Source of the DNA: a virus
Strand: one strand, 5' to 3'
Virus record (IMG/VR): IMGVR_UViG_3300045988_038566
DNA: 47,547 nt
In this document: piece by piece, positions 32,281-39,667 of the stretch
How positions within the stretch are numbered: the first letter of the stretch is position 1
Layout of the letters: every line of letters begins with the position of its first letter
The notes under the pieces: generated by a model
Databases searched by the model: none
What the model was told of the DNA's origin: nothing
What the model saw: the letters and a program-made list of their open reading frames with translations, nothing else
Translations under genes and position numbers: made by a program

Positions 32281-32824
32281 AATCAAATTACCCCAGTATT
32301 TGCCGTTAATCGTAAAAGCAAGGTTACATACTGGCGGCAGAGAGTATGAGAAAATCAAACAGGAATTAAAGGGGCAGGGCTTCACCTGCAATCAGATGAA
32401 AAGCATGGTGCGTGAGGGTAACTATTTTGACGGGCTGGTGTTGTATCTGTCAAAGTGGAACTGGGACAACCACGAAAGCTGGCACCTTTATAGCTGGGAC
32501 GATAAAGACGACGAAAAAGTTATGCTGGGAATTTATGAAGCGGAGCAGTACCACCCATACAACCGATATAAGGGAGATTTTGAGAAGTTCCAGAGCGACT
32601 GGAAAAACGAGGAATACGACCCCGGTATGACATTCACTTTCAAAGACAGTGAAGTTGAGGTGCTGGAAGTCCTGCAAGAGGAAGTGGACAACATAGACCA
32701 TGAAGCAGTTAAAAAGCAGGTGGCGGCGGCAGAGGACGCACAGTACCAGAAACGGAGAAAACAGCGACAGCGCCGCAAGCAGAGAGCCAGCAAGGGCAGC
32801 AGGTATCACAGAAAATTCTTTTGA
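32264..32824 (+). CDS. Hypothetical protein (186 aa, basic C-terminal tail)
   Basis: GTG start. Trp/Asp-rich core and a KRRKQRQRRKQR tail. Confidence 0.5.
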   Translation: MKKDDKIKLPQYLPLIVKARLHTGGREYEKIKQELKGQGFTCNQMKSMVREGNYFDGLVLYLSKWNWDNHESWHLYSWDDKDDEKVMLGIYEAEQYHPYNRYKGDFEKFQSDWKNEEYDPGMTFTFKDSEVEVLEVLQEEVDNIDHEAVKKQVAAAEDAQYQKRRKQRQRRKQRASKGSRYHRKFF

Positions 32825-32838
32825 TGGAGGAAATGACA

Positions 32839-33099
32839 ATGGCGAAGATTTCAAAGAAAACAATAGAGAGTCTGCGGGAGTTCTTAGACCGTGGCTGCGA
32901 TTATGCCGGGACACAAGAAACGGTAACAGAAATTGCAAACGAAGCGCTGAGGGAAAACGGCTGCGAGTTGTGCCAGTGTGACGACGCCAGCGTGTGCGAC
33001 TGGGACGGTGACGAAGTATGCACGGTAGAAGATTTTGCAAATGTCTTCTGGGACAAAGCAGTTGAGAAAATCTTAAACGTGTTAGCTACGGAGGAATAA
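32839..33099 (+). CDS. Hypothetical acidic Cys-containing protein (86 aa)
   Basis: ATG 32839 lies 7 nt after GGAGGA. The ORF is open from 32821. Confidence 0.45.
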   Translation: MAKISKKTIESLREFLDRGCDYAGTQETVTEIANEALRENGCELCQCDDASVCDWDGDEVCTVEDFANVFWDKAVEKILNVLATEE

Positions 33100-33102
33100 G
33101 GC

Positions 33103-33297
33103 ATGGCAAAGGGTAAGAAGCATTACAGCGGCAAAGAGTTGATAAGACGCCGCCAGATAGAGCGGCAGCAGGCAGAACAGCAGCAGGGAAACAGACTGAC
33201 AAAGACATTGAAACAGGTCAACCAGTTACGCCCAGTCATTGAGAGGGCAAAACAGAGAATGAGGGAGGGCAAAGAAAATGGCAGCGTTCTTGATTGA
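33103..33297 (+). CDS. Small basic hypothetical protein (64 aa)
   Basis: ATG follows GGAGGAATAAGGC. Arg/Gln-rich helix. Confidence 0.45.
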   Translation: MAKGKKHYSGKELIRRRQIERQQAEQQQGNRLTKTLKQVNQLRPVIERAKQRMREGKENGSVLD

Positions 33298-33457
33298 AAC
33301 AGCAAAAGCACTTCTGACATTCATTGCGGTATGCGTAGGACTTGGCGTGCTGTATCTGGTGTTTGTGGTTGTTAGGGAAGTTGGTTGGATTGTAAAGCAG
33401 GAGAACCGCAGGAAATATGAGCAGGAGGGAAAAGAGAATGGAAACGGCAGTATTTAA
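33278..33457 (+). CDS. Small single-pass membrane protein (59 aa)
   Basis: ATG 33278. Hydrophobic stretch LLTFIAVCVGLGVLYLVFVVV. Below the ORF-track cut-off. Confidence 0.4.
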   Translation: MAAFLIETAKALLTFIAVCVGLGVLYLVFVVVREVGWIVKQENRRKYEQEGKENGNGSI

Positions 33458-33737
33458 AGCGGTGTGCCCGTTAGAGATTGGGGACACGGTAGCAATCGGA
33501 GCGGGAAAGACCGCAGCAGGAGTGAGAACGGCATATTATCTGCCAGCGGGCATGGAAGTAGTTGTGGCGGGTACGGTATCAATACACACGGTCACGGACA
33601 TTTCAACAACGCATTATCTGAAAAGCGGCAAAACAGTATTCAGATATGAATTGAACGGGTCCGGCAGATATGAAGTATTAAACGTGAAAGTCCCGGTAAG
33701 AGAAACGGCAGACGAACTGAACCGCCGTGGCAGATAA
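33438..33737 (+). CDS. Hypothetical protein (99 aa)
   Basis: ATG 33438 follows AGGAGGGAAAAGAGA. The ORF is open from 33417. Confidence 0.5.
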   Translation: METAVFKAVCPLEIGDTVAIGAGKTAAGVRTAYYLPAGMEVVVAGTVSIHTVTDISTTHYLKSGKTVFRYELNGSGRYEVLNVKVPVRETADELNRRGR

Positions 33738-33742
33738 AAATA

Positions 33743-33833
33743 AATACTTACGGAAGTATACAAAATGCACAAATATACTTCCGTAAGATTGTGTAAAATG
33801 TCGATTGCTTTTATACTTCCGTAAGTATATAAT
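33743..33833. promoter_or_regulatory. Second operator cluster plus promoter cassette (operators 33743-33760 inverted, 33774-33787, 33812-33829; TTGCTT-N17-TATAAT 33805-33833)
   Basis: Same architecture as 20448-20530. About 35 nt (CACAAATATACTTCCGTAAGATTGTNTAAAATGT) are near-identical to 20485-20518. Confidence 0.7.
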
Positions 33834-33884
33834 AAAGACAGTCAAAGGAACAACAACACAACATAGAAAACGGAGGTATAAGCA

Positions 33885-34163
33885 ATGACAAAGAAGCAGT
33901 TAAAAGAAGCATACACAAACTGGAATAGAGAAATCACAAAGCTGGGAGAAAGAAAAAGAGAAATTTTCAAAGAGTTGCAGGAAATGTGCGCAGAGAAAGG
34001 CGACGGGAACCGCTGGTGTTGCATTGAAAAGTTGGTAGAGGAACTGACAAAGAAAGGCTATGTATACACCGCTATGAACTTGATAAGCGAGTATTACAAT
34101 ATATGCGGACAGGAAGAAGCGTTGCTGAACCTTGCATTAGCAACAAATAATTTTGAGATTTAA
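33885..34163 (+). CDS. Hypothetical protein (92 aa)
   Basis: ATG follows ACGGAGGTATAAGCA. First gene downstream of the 33805 promoter cassette. Confidence 0.5.
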   Translation: MTKKQLKEAYTNWNREITKLGERKREIFKELQEMCAEKGDGNRWCCIEKLVEELTKKGYVYTAMNLISEYYNICGQEEALLNLALATNNFEI

Positions 34164-34166
34164 AAA

Positions 34167-34239
34167 GCACGGGTGGCGCAATGGATAGCACAGCAGCCCC
34201 CGAAGCTGCCGGGTGCGGGTTCAAGTCCCGTCCCGTGCA
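34167..34239 (+). tRNA. tRNA, anticodon CCG (Arg) by manual folding; non-canonical C at position 33
   Basis: 73 nt. Acceptor GCACGGG/CCCGTGC plus discriminator A. D-arm GCGC-AATGGATA-GCAC (one C-A mismatch). Anticodon stem GCAGC/GCTGC with loop CCCCGAA (anticodon at 34200-34202). T-arm GCGGG-TTCAAGT-CCCGT. No encoded CCA. Confidence 0.75.
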
Positions 34240-34289
34240 TTACTGGGAAAAGAAACTATAAACATACCAGATACAAGGAGGAATACCCC

Positions 34290-35051
34290 ATGAAAACATT
34301 ATCAATCATTAACTTAAAAGGTGGAGTGGCAAAGACCATTTCCAGCGTTAATATGGCACACATTCTGGCAGCAGTACACGGCTGCAAAGTCCTGTTAATC
34401 GACAACGACAAGCAGGGGAACGCCAGCAAGATTTTGAACCGCCACAGTTACGACCATAAGGGAACCGCAGAGGTTATGACCCAGCGTGGCATTGACCCGG
34501 CAGCAGTTATCCAGCACACCGATTATGACGGCTTGGACATTATCACAGCAAACATGAACCTGCTGACAGCCAATTTGGAAGTCATGCTGGACCAGTCCAG
34601 ACCGCAACAGACACGCTTCAAAAAGTTTCTGGACGGATTGCAGCAGGAATATGACTACTGCATTATTGACAACGCCCCAGACATTAACATTTCGACCATA
34701 AATGCGCTGGTAGCTTCGCAAGACGTCATGGTGCCTATAACCATTGATGATTTTGCAATAGACGGTCTGGCAGAACTGAAAGAACAGATTGACAACACCC
34801 GTGAGGACCTAAACCCGCAGTTACGTTTCTGTGGCTGCTTTGTCACACAGTACGACAGAACAAACGAAGCAGACACGCAGGGAGAAGAGTTCTTGAAGAC
34901 GCTTGAATATCCGGTGTTTGATACGCATATCAGAAAGACACCGAAAATGAAACCCAGCACATTTGAAAGATTGCCAATCATTTTATATTCCCCACACTGC
35001 GGCGCAAGTGCCGACTATAAAGCGTTAGTGGAAGAATGGTTGAGAATGTGA
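34290..35051 (+). CDS. parA: ParA/Soj-type Walker ATPase
   Basis: 253 aa from ATG 34290. Deviant Walker A motif NLKGGVAKTISS, and IDNDKQGN and IIDNAPD motifs. The longer track ORF start at 34173 would run through the tRNA. Confidence 0.85.
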   Translation: MKTLSIINLKGGVAKTISSVNMAHILAAVHGCKVLLIDNDKQGNASKILNRHSYDHKGTAEVMTQRGIDPAAVIQHTDYDGLDIITANMNLLTANLEVMLDQSRPQQTRFKKFLDGLQQEYDYCIIDNAPDINISTINALVASQDVMVPITIDDFAIDGLAELKEQIDNTREDLNPQLRFCGCFVTQYDRTNEADTQGEEFLKTLEYPVFDTHIRKTPKMKPSTFERLPIILYSPHCGASADYKALVEEWLRM

Positions 35052-35064
35052 CCAATTCGGACAC
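35045..35064. repeat. 20-nt exact repeat AATGTGACCAATTCGGACAC, copy 1 (parS-like imperfect palindrome)
   Basis: Identical to 39626-39645. It lies between parA (overlapping its stop) and the ParB-like gene. The core is GTGnCCnAnTnGGnCAC. Confidence 0.85.
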
Positions 35065-35081
35065 GTTAGGAGGGAAAGACA

Positions 35082-36428
35082 ATGGCAGGAGCAGCAAAGA
35101 AATTCAACTTGACAGAGTTATTAAACCAGCGGTCAAAGGAAGCTGGGGAGCAGCAGAAAACAGAACAGCAGCAGGCGGCAGCAGGCACAGAGGTTGTCAC
35201 GTCCGAAGAGGGCGTGAGCAGCACTGCCGATATTTACGACCTTATACCGTCAAAGGGCAATTTTTACAGCGTGGAAGACGTGCAAGACTTAAAACAGTCT
35301 ATTGAACTTCTGGGAGTGTTACAACCACTTCTGGTGACTGATGAAGAGGAAGACGGCAAGCGCCGTATCATTGCAGGGCACAGAAGACGGCTGGCGGTCA
35401 TGCAGCTGGTGGACGAGGGAAAAGAGCGTTTCAGACGGGTTCCAATCTTAATCAAGCCGAAGAAAAACGCAATTCTGGACAGACTGGCACTGATTATGGC
35501 AAACCGTTTCCGTGAGAAGACAGACTGGGAACGCATGACAGAAGCGCTGGAAACAGAAAAGCTGGTACTGGAATTAAAAGAAAGCATGAACATTCCGGGC
35601 AGAACCCGTGATTTACTGGCAGAGATTATAGAAACGTCCCCGGCGCAGGTAGGAAGATACAAGGCAATCTATAACAATATCATTCCAGAACTGATGGCAG
35701 AATTTAAGGCAAACAGAATTGTTGTATCTGTCATTTATGAAGCGTCCGGGCTGCCGGAAGATTACCAGAAGCAGGCGGCAGAGGTATTCCGGGAAAATGA
35801 AGTGCTGACATTATCAGACATTAAGCAGATAAAGAAGAACTGGGAAGCGTCGCAGCAGATACCGGGACAGATGGACGAAGCCACAGAGGGAGCAGGAGAA
35901 GCCACAGAGGGCACAGAGGACGCAACCGGGCAGCAGTCAGAATACGTTGACCCACAGCCGGAGCAGATAACGTCACTTTGTTACAGCTGCACACACTATG
36001 AGGACTGCCACGACAAGACAGCAACCGTGACCAGCTGCAATGCTTATGAGAACCGCAGAGAAGCCCAGAAGACGGACGAAGAGAGATACAACGAAGAGCA
36101 GGCAGCTATTGACCGGGAAACACAAAAGAAACTGCGTGAAATGCAGCAGGAAGAGAAAATGCAGCACTTGCCGTCTGATGATAGAAAAGAAAAGACAATC
36201 AGAGTATCACCGGAGAAAATGAAAGCCGTTGCGGTTGACCGCACAAGACCATACATGATTTTGAAAAATGATGATTACAGAGAGGGCGACACAGTAAAGC
36301 TGATTGAGTTTGCAGATGGCAGAGCAACCGGAAACACGGCAGACATGAAAATTATCTGCATGGACGACGACACGACCAGCAGCGCACTTGAAGAGGGCTA
36401 TTGTGTAATAGCGTTGCAGGAGGTGTAG
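35082..36428 (+). CDS. ParB/Srx N-domain protein fused to a C-terminal DUF3850/ASCH-like PUA domain
   Basis: 448 aa. ParB box LGVLQPLLVT...RIIAGHRRRLA. The C-terminus ...YMILKNDDYREGDTVKLIEFADGRATGNTADMKIICMDD...GYCVIAL resembles DUF3850. Confidence 0.7.
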   Translation: MAGAAKKFNLTELLNQRSKEAGEQQKTEQQQAAAGTEVVTSEEGVSSTADIYDLIPSKGNFYSVEDVQDLKQSIELLGVLQPLLVTDEEEDGKRRIIAGHRRRLAVMQLVDEGKERFRRVPILIKPKKNAILDRLALIMANRFREKTDWERMTEALETEKLVLELKESMNIPGRTRDLLAEIIETSPAQVGRYKAIYNNIIPELMAEFKANRIVVSVIYEASGLPEDYQKQAAEVFRENEVLTLSDIKQIKKNWEASQQIPGQMDEATEGAGEATEGTEDATGQQSEYVDPQPEQITSLCYSCTHYEDCHDKTATVTSCNAYENRREAQKTDEERYNEEQAAIDRETQKKLREMQQEEKMQHLPSDDRKEKTIRVSPEKMKAVAVDRTRPYMILKNDDYREGDTVKLIEFADGRATGNTADMKIICMDDDTTSSALEEGYCVIALQEV

Positions 36429-36430
36429 AC

Positions 36431-37405
36431 GTGGTACAGATTTTAGAACTATTTGGGGGAATTGGTTCCCCCAGATGTGCTTTGCGAAATTTGAACATTC
36501 CAACAAAAGCCATTGACTATGTGGAAATAGACGAAAACGCCGTAAGGTCATACAATGCAATGTTTGCGGAAGAATTAGAGTATAAAACACAATCAGTGGT
36601 GGGCTGGAACCTCAAACCAGATATTCTGATACATGGCAGCCCGTGTCAAGATATGAGTATTGCGGGACATCAAGGAAAAGCAACTGCGGAAGCAGGGAGG
36701 ATAAACAGAGGAAAAGGAGCAGACAAAGGAAGCGGCACCCGGTCAAGTCTGATGTGGGAAACAATACACATTATTCAAAATATGGGCGAATGGAAGCCGA
36801 AATATGTTATCTGGGAAAACGTGAAAAATGTATTAAATGGCTACAACAAGAAGAATTTTGAACAATACATAGCAGAAATGGAAAAGCTGGGATATACAAG
36901 CAATTATCAAATATTAGACGCAAGGGACTTTGGATTGCCACAGGCACGGGAAAGGGTTTTCACGGTATCGGTGCTGAATGGTGAGAAGTTCGACTTTTCG
37001 GACTTAATCAGAACACCAATGAAAGATATATCAGAATTTCTTCTGGACAACGACGAAGTGCCGCCAGTGTACGACGTGACACAACCGAGTGTGTACAGTG
37101 TGATTGGGGAAAAAGGCATAAGAAGAGCAACAGTAATAAAAGATTTTGCATACACAATCACGACCAGACAGGACAGAACACCAGCGCAGGTGATTGACTG
37201 CGGAAACGGGCGTTATAGATATTTAACAGAACGTGAGTGCTGGCGTCTGCAAGGATATACAGACGAAGACTACGAAAGGGCAAAAGCAGTCCAGAAGCGT
37301 TCTGGAAGATACAGAATGGCGTTATACAAGCAGGCTGGGAACAGTATTGCGGTTCCCATATTTGAAAGTATGTTCAGAAAGATAATTTTGCATGAAACAG
37401 CATAG
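36431..37405 (+). CDS. DNA (cytosine-5)-methyltransferase
   Basis: 324 aa from GTG 36431 (AGGAGGTG RBS). Motif I ELFGGIGS, motif IV GSPCQDMS, motif VI WENVKN, motif X QAGNSIAV. Confidence 0.88.
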   Translation: MVQILELFGGIGSPRCALRNLNIPTKAIDYVEIDENAVRSYNAMFAEELEYKTQSVVGWNLKPDILIHGSPCQDMSIAGHQGKATAEAGRINRGKGADKGSGTRSSLMWETIHIIQNMGEWKPKYVIWENVKNVLNGYNKKNFEQYIAEMEKLGYTSNYQILDARDFGLPQARERVFTVSVLNGEKFDFSDLIRTPMKDISEFLLDNDEVPPVYDVTQPSVYSVIGEKGIRRATVIKDFAYTITTRQDRTPAQVIDCGNGRYRYLTERECWRLQGYTDEDYERAKAVQKRSGRYRMALYKQAGNSIAVPIFESMFRKIILHETA

Positions 37406-37417
37406 GAGGTGCAGGAA

Positions 37418-37633
37418 ATGCCAATAAATATGACAGATTATAAAATGATTATTCACGAAAGAATATACAATGTTCTGCAAATTATGATTGATTTTGGAAA
37501 TGAACCAATAGAAGACAGAAACGCACCAAAACCAAAATTTATTGACGCAGTATACATAGATGAAGATGGAGTAATAAGAACCATGCACGACGCAGCAGAG
37601 TGCTTCCAGTTCATAAGAAAAATGGAGGTATAG
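37418..37633 (+). CDS. Hypothetical protein (71 aa)
   Basis: ATG 37418. The 20-nt RBS/start context is identical to that of the RHH gene at 20564-20583. Confidence 0.45.
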   Translation: MPINMTDYKMIIHERIYNVLQIMIDFGNEPIEDRNAPKPKFIDAVYIDEDGVIRTMHDAAECFQFIRKMEV

Positions 37634-37636
37634 CAG

Positions 37637-37822
37637 ATGGAAAGACCAATAATAATGCTTAATACAGACAATATGCCCGTATTTTGCCGAAACCAGTGCG
37701 CAAATACAAAATGCGCAAAGCACATTTCAAAAGCCTATGAGTGCGGCGGTTCATGTTCAATGCGGCTATTGAGAGGGGAACCGGAGTGCGCAGGCTACAT
37801 ATCACGGAGGAAGCACAAATGA
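37637..37822 (+). CDS. Small Cys-rich hypothetical protein (61 aa)
   Basis: Seven Cys residues (CRNQCANTKC...CGGSC...C). ATG follows GGAGGTATAGCAG. Confidence 0.45.
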   Translation: MERPIIMLNTDNMPVFCRNQCANTKCAKHISKAYECGGSCSMRLLRGEPECAGYISRRKHK

Positions 37823-37959
37823 AAGAAAATGTTTGCGTTGACTGCAAACACTATGAAAGCTGCAAAAAGCCGGAAAGACACATGAAGTGTATGGGGTACG
37901 AAGAGAAAGAACGGCAGCAGGCAGCAGGAGAAAACGCAGTTGACGTGCAAGACGGATAG
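37819..37959 (+). CDS. Small Cys-rich hypothetical protein (46 aa)
   Basis: ATG 37819 follows CGGAGGAAGCACAA. CVDCKHYESC...C motif. ATGA overlap with the upstream gene. Confidence 0.4.
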   Translation: MKENVCVDCKHYESCKKPERHMKCMGYEEKERQQAAGENAVDVQDG

Positions 37960-37988
37960 AAGCCGGGAAAGACTGGCAAAAACAAAGA

Positions 37989-38486
37989 ATGGAGGAAAAG
38001 CAAATGGCGCAGGCAATGGAAAAAGGCAGGGTTATTGAATTGCTGGAATATTACAAAGACATAGACGGGGAGGTGAGTATATACAGAAAGATAATAAGTG
38101 ACTTAACGGACCAATACTACAATCCCATTGGCGCTATACAATGCGACGGTCTACCAAAAGGAAAAAATAATATATCACGACAAACAGAAAATATGGCGCT
38201 TAATATTCCAGATTATGTCAGCGGCGAAATCAGAGAGTATGAAGCAAAGGTGCAGCAGTTGCAAGCCTTAAAGGCACAGATTTTGCAGGAAGTTTCAAGG
38301 CTGAAACTGAAAGAAAAGCGCATTATTTTTGATTTTTACATGCACAACCTCAAATGGGAACAAGTAGCGGTACGCAATTCATACAGTGAAAGACAGTGTA
38401 AGAATATCAGAGATACAGCACTTGAAACACTTTCACAGAGGTTTGAAAAGAACCAGATTATTTCACAATTTCAGAGGATTGCATAA
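37989..38486 (+). CDS. Sigma-70 region-4-like late transcription regulator (RinA/ArpU-class)
   Basis: 165 aa (the alternative start ATG 38004 has the better RBS). The C-terminal KRIIFDFYMHNLKWEQVAVRNSYSERQCKNIRDTALETL is a region-4-type HTH. It lies immediately upstream of the packaging genes. Confidence 0.6.
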   Translation: MEEKQMAQAMEKGRVIELLEYYKDIDGEVSIYRKIISDLTDQYYNPIGAIQCDGLPKGKNNISRQTENMALNIPDYVSGEIREYEAKVQQLQALKAQILQEVSRLKLKEKRIIFDFYMHNLKWEQVAVRNSYSERQCKNIRDTALETLSQRFEKNQIISQFQRIA

Positions 38487-38491
38487 GCAAT

Positions 38492-38527
38492 CATTGCCCG
38501 CCATTGCCTGCGTTTTACTGGTATAAT
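38492..38527 (+). promoter_or_regulatory. Candidate late promoter 1: tandem ATTGCCCG/ATTGCCTG (38493-38500, 38503-38510), N11, extended -10 TGGTATAAT (38519-38527)
   Basis: Same motif, spacing and -10 arrangement as at 42251-42277. Confidence 0.5.
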
Positions 38528-38578
38528 TTAAGCCAGTGAAGCAGGCTTTAAGTCGTTATATTTGCACGTTGGCAATAG

Positions 38579-38623
38579 TGGGCTTTGGTGATTTTTTGAA
38601 TTTACAAAGCCCATAATTTTTTA
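38579..38623 (+). terminator. Leader terminator-like hairpin between late promoter 1 and the first packaging gene
   Basis: TGGGCTTTG (38579-38587) pairs with CAAAGCCCA (38605-38613), 17-nt loop, then TAATTTTTTA. Confidence 0.45.
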
Positions 38624-38681
38624 TACTTCCGTAAACTGGAAGAGTTGGAAAGAATGAAAACGAACGAAAAGAGGTGAGAAG

Positions 38682-39494
38682 ATGGGAAGACCACGGAACC
38701 CGGAACGGGACAAGTCAATGCAACGCTATCTGGACGCAGACGGCAAGATTGAAACAGCGGAACTGGCGAAGCTGGCAGGGGTGCCAGAAGTGCGGATAAG
38801 AAAATGGAAGTCAGAAGACAGCTGGGACGAAGCGCTGAAAAACAAGCCGAAAAAAAGAGGGGGTCAAAAAGGCAACAAAAATGCTGCCGGGAAAACCCCA
38901 GCAAAAAAGGGCAATAAAAATGCCGTAACACATGGGGCATTTGCGCAGGCGGGATATGAAGACATAGACCCGGAGCAGGCGGCAGCCATACAGAACATGG
39001 GCACACCGTCCGCAATGTCACAAATGATGGAGGAATTGCAGGCACTATATCTGCGCAAAGCCTATCTGGAAAGCCTATTGAAAGAGTATGAAAGCCCAGA
39101 AGCAGGCGGCTTTTACACAGATAAAATAGTACACATGATTGTACCAAAGAGCATGGAGGAAAGACAGCAGGAAGAGGACTGCGGCATGGAACACCAGCAG
39201 TGCGCAGACCCAGAGGGAAGCAAGACAGAAACATATAAAACAGCCATGAAGTCTGTCATTAAGTCCAGCCCATTTGAACGGGCAATGAAAGTGGAAGCCG
39301 AACTAAACAAGCTGCATGGGCGTATCATCAAGCAGCTGGATAGTATCAAGGCGTATGAGTTGGAGGACAGACGCTTGACGCTTGCTGAAAAGCAACTTGA
39401 ATTGAACAAACAGAAGCTAACGGGAGAATTTGAGATTGACCCGGACGGAAGCACAGAAAACGACGAAATCACAGACGTTGTGGACGACGTTTGA
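38682..39494 (+). CDS. YjcR-like HTH protein (terminase small-subunit-like)
   Basis: 270 aa. N-terminal HTH-like segment (ETAELAKLAGVPEVRIRKWKSED) and repeated GNKNA motifs (GGQKGNKNAAG, KKGNKNAVTHG). Confidence 0.5.
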   Translation: MGRPRNPERDKSMQRYLDADGKIETAELAKLAGVPEVRIRKWKSEDSWDEALKNKPKKRGGQKGNKNAAGKTPAKKGNKNAVTHGAFAQAGYEDIDPEQAAAIQNMGTPSAMSQMMEELQALYLRKAYLESLLKEYESPEAGGFYTDKIVHMIVPKSMEERQQEEDCGMEHQQCADPEGSKTETYKTAMKSVIKSSPFERAMKVEAELNKLHGRIIKQLDSIKAYELEDRRLTLAEKQLELNKQKLTGEFEIDPDGSTENDEITDVVDDV

Positions 39495-39524
39495 TAGGTT
39501 CTTCCGGCGGTCTGGAAGCACTGC

Positions 39525-39540
39525 GGGTACGGCGACGCCC
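39525..39540. other. Candidate cosN-like GC-rich element (GGGTACGGCGACGCCC)
   Basis: Partially symmetric GC-rich 16-mer in the 173-nt gap upstream of the Nu1-like gene. It shares GGCGAC with the lambda cohesive end. Weak call. Confidence 0.2.
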
Positions 39541-39625
39541 AAAACCTGCCCAGATATAATTTTGAAAATTCCATTTCCGCTTCCGACCAGGTAAAAAATA
39601 AAGGGGTAGGGGCTAAAAAAGAAAA

Positions 39626-39645
39626 AATGTGACCAATTCGGACAC
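39626..39645. repeat. 20-nt exact repeat AATGTGACCAATTCGGACAC, copy 2
   Basis: Identical to 35045-35064. It lies 22 nt upstream of the Nu1-like gene's start codon. Confidence 0.85.
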
Positions 39646-39667
39646 AAAAGAAAGGGGGTGCGGTTTT

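Noticed and set aside
34173-34289. N-terminal 39-codon extension of the ParA ORF given in the ORF track
   Set aside because: The extension overlaps the tRNA (34167-34239) almost completely. ATG 34290 has a strong AAGGAGGA RBS and gives a ParA that begins just before the Walker A motif.
35036-35305. 89-aa ORF starting in the parA/parB intergenic repeat, and the GTG 39629 start of the Nu1-like ORF (both begin MxxNxTNSDT from the same 20-nt repeat)
   Set aside because: The shared peptide start is a by-product of the duplicated 20-mer. In both places a better RBS-start pair lies downstream (ATG 35082 and TTG 39668).
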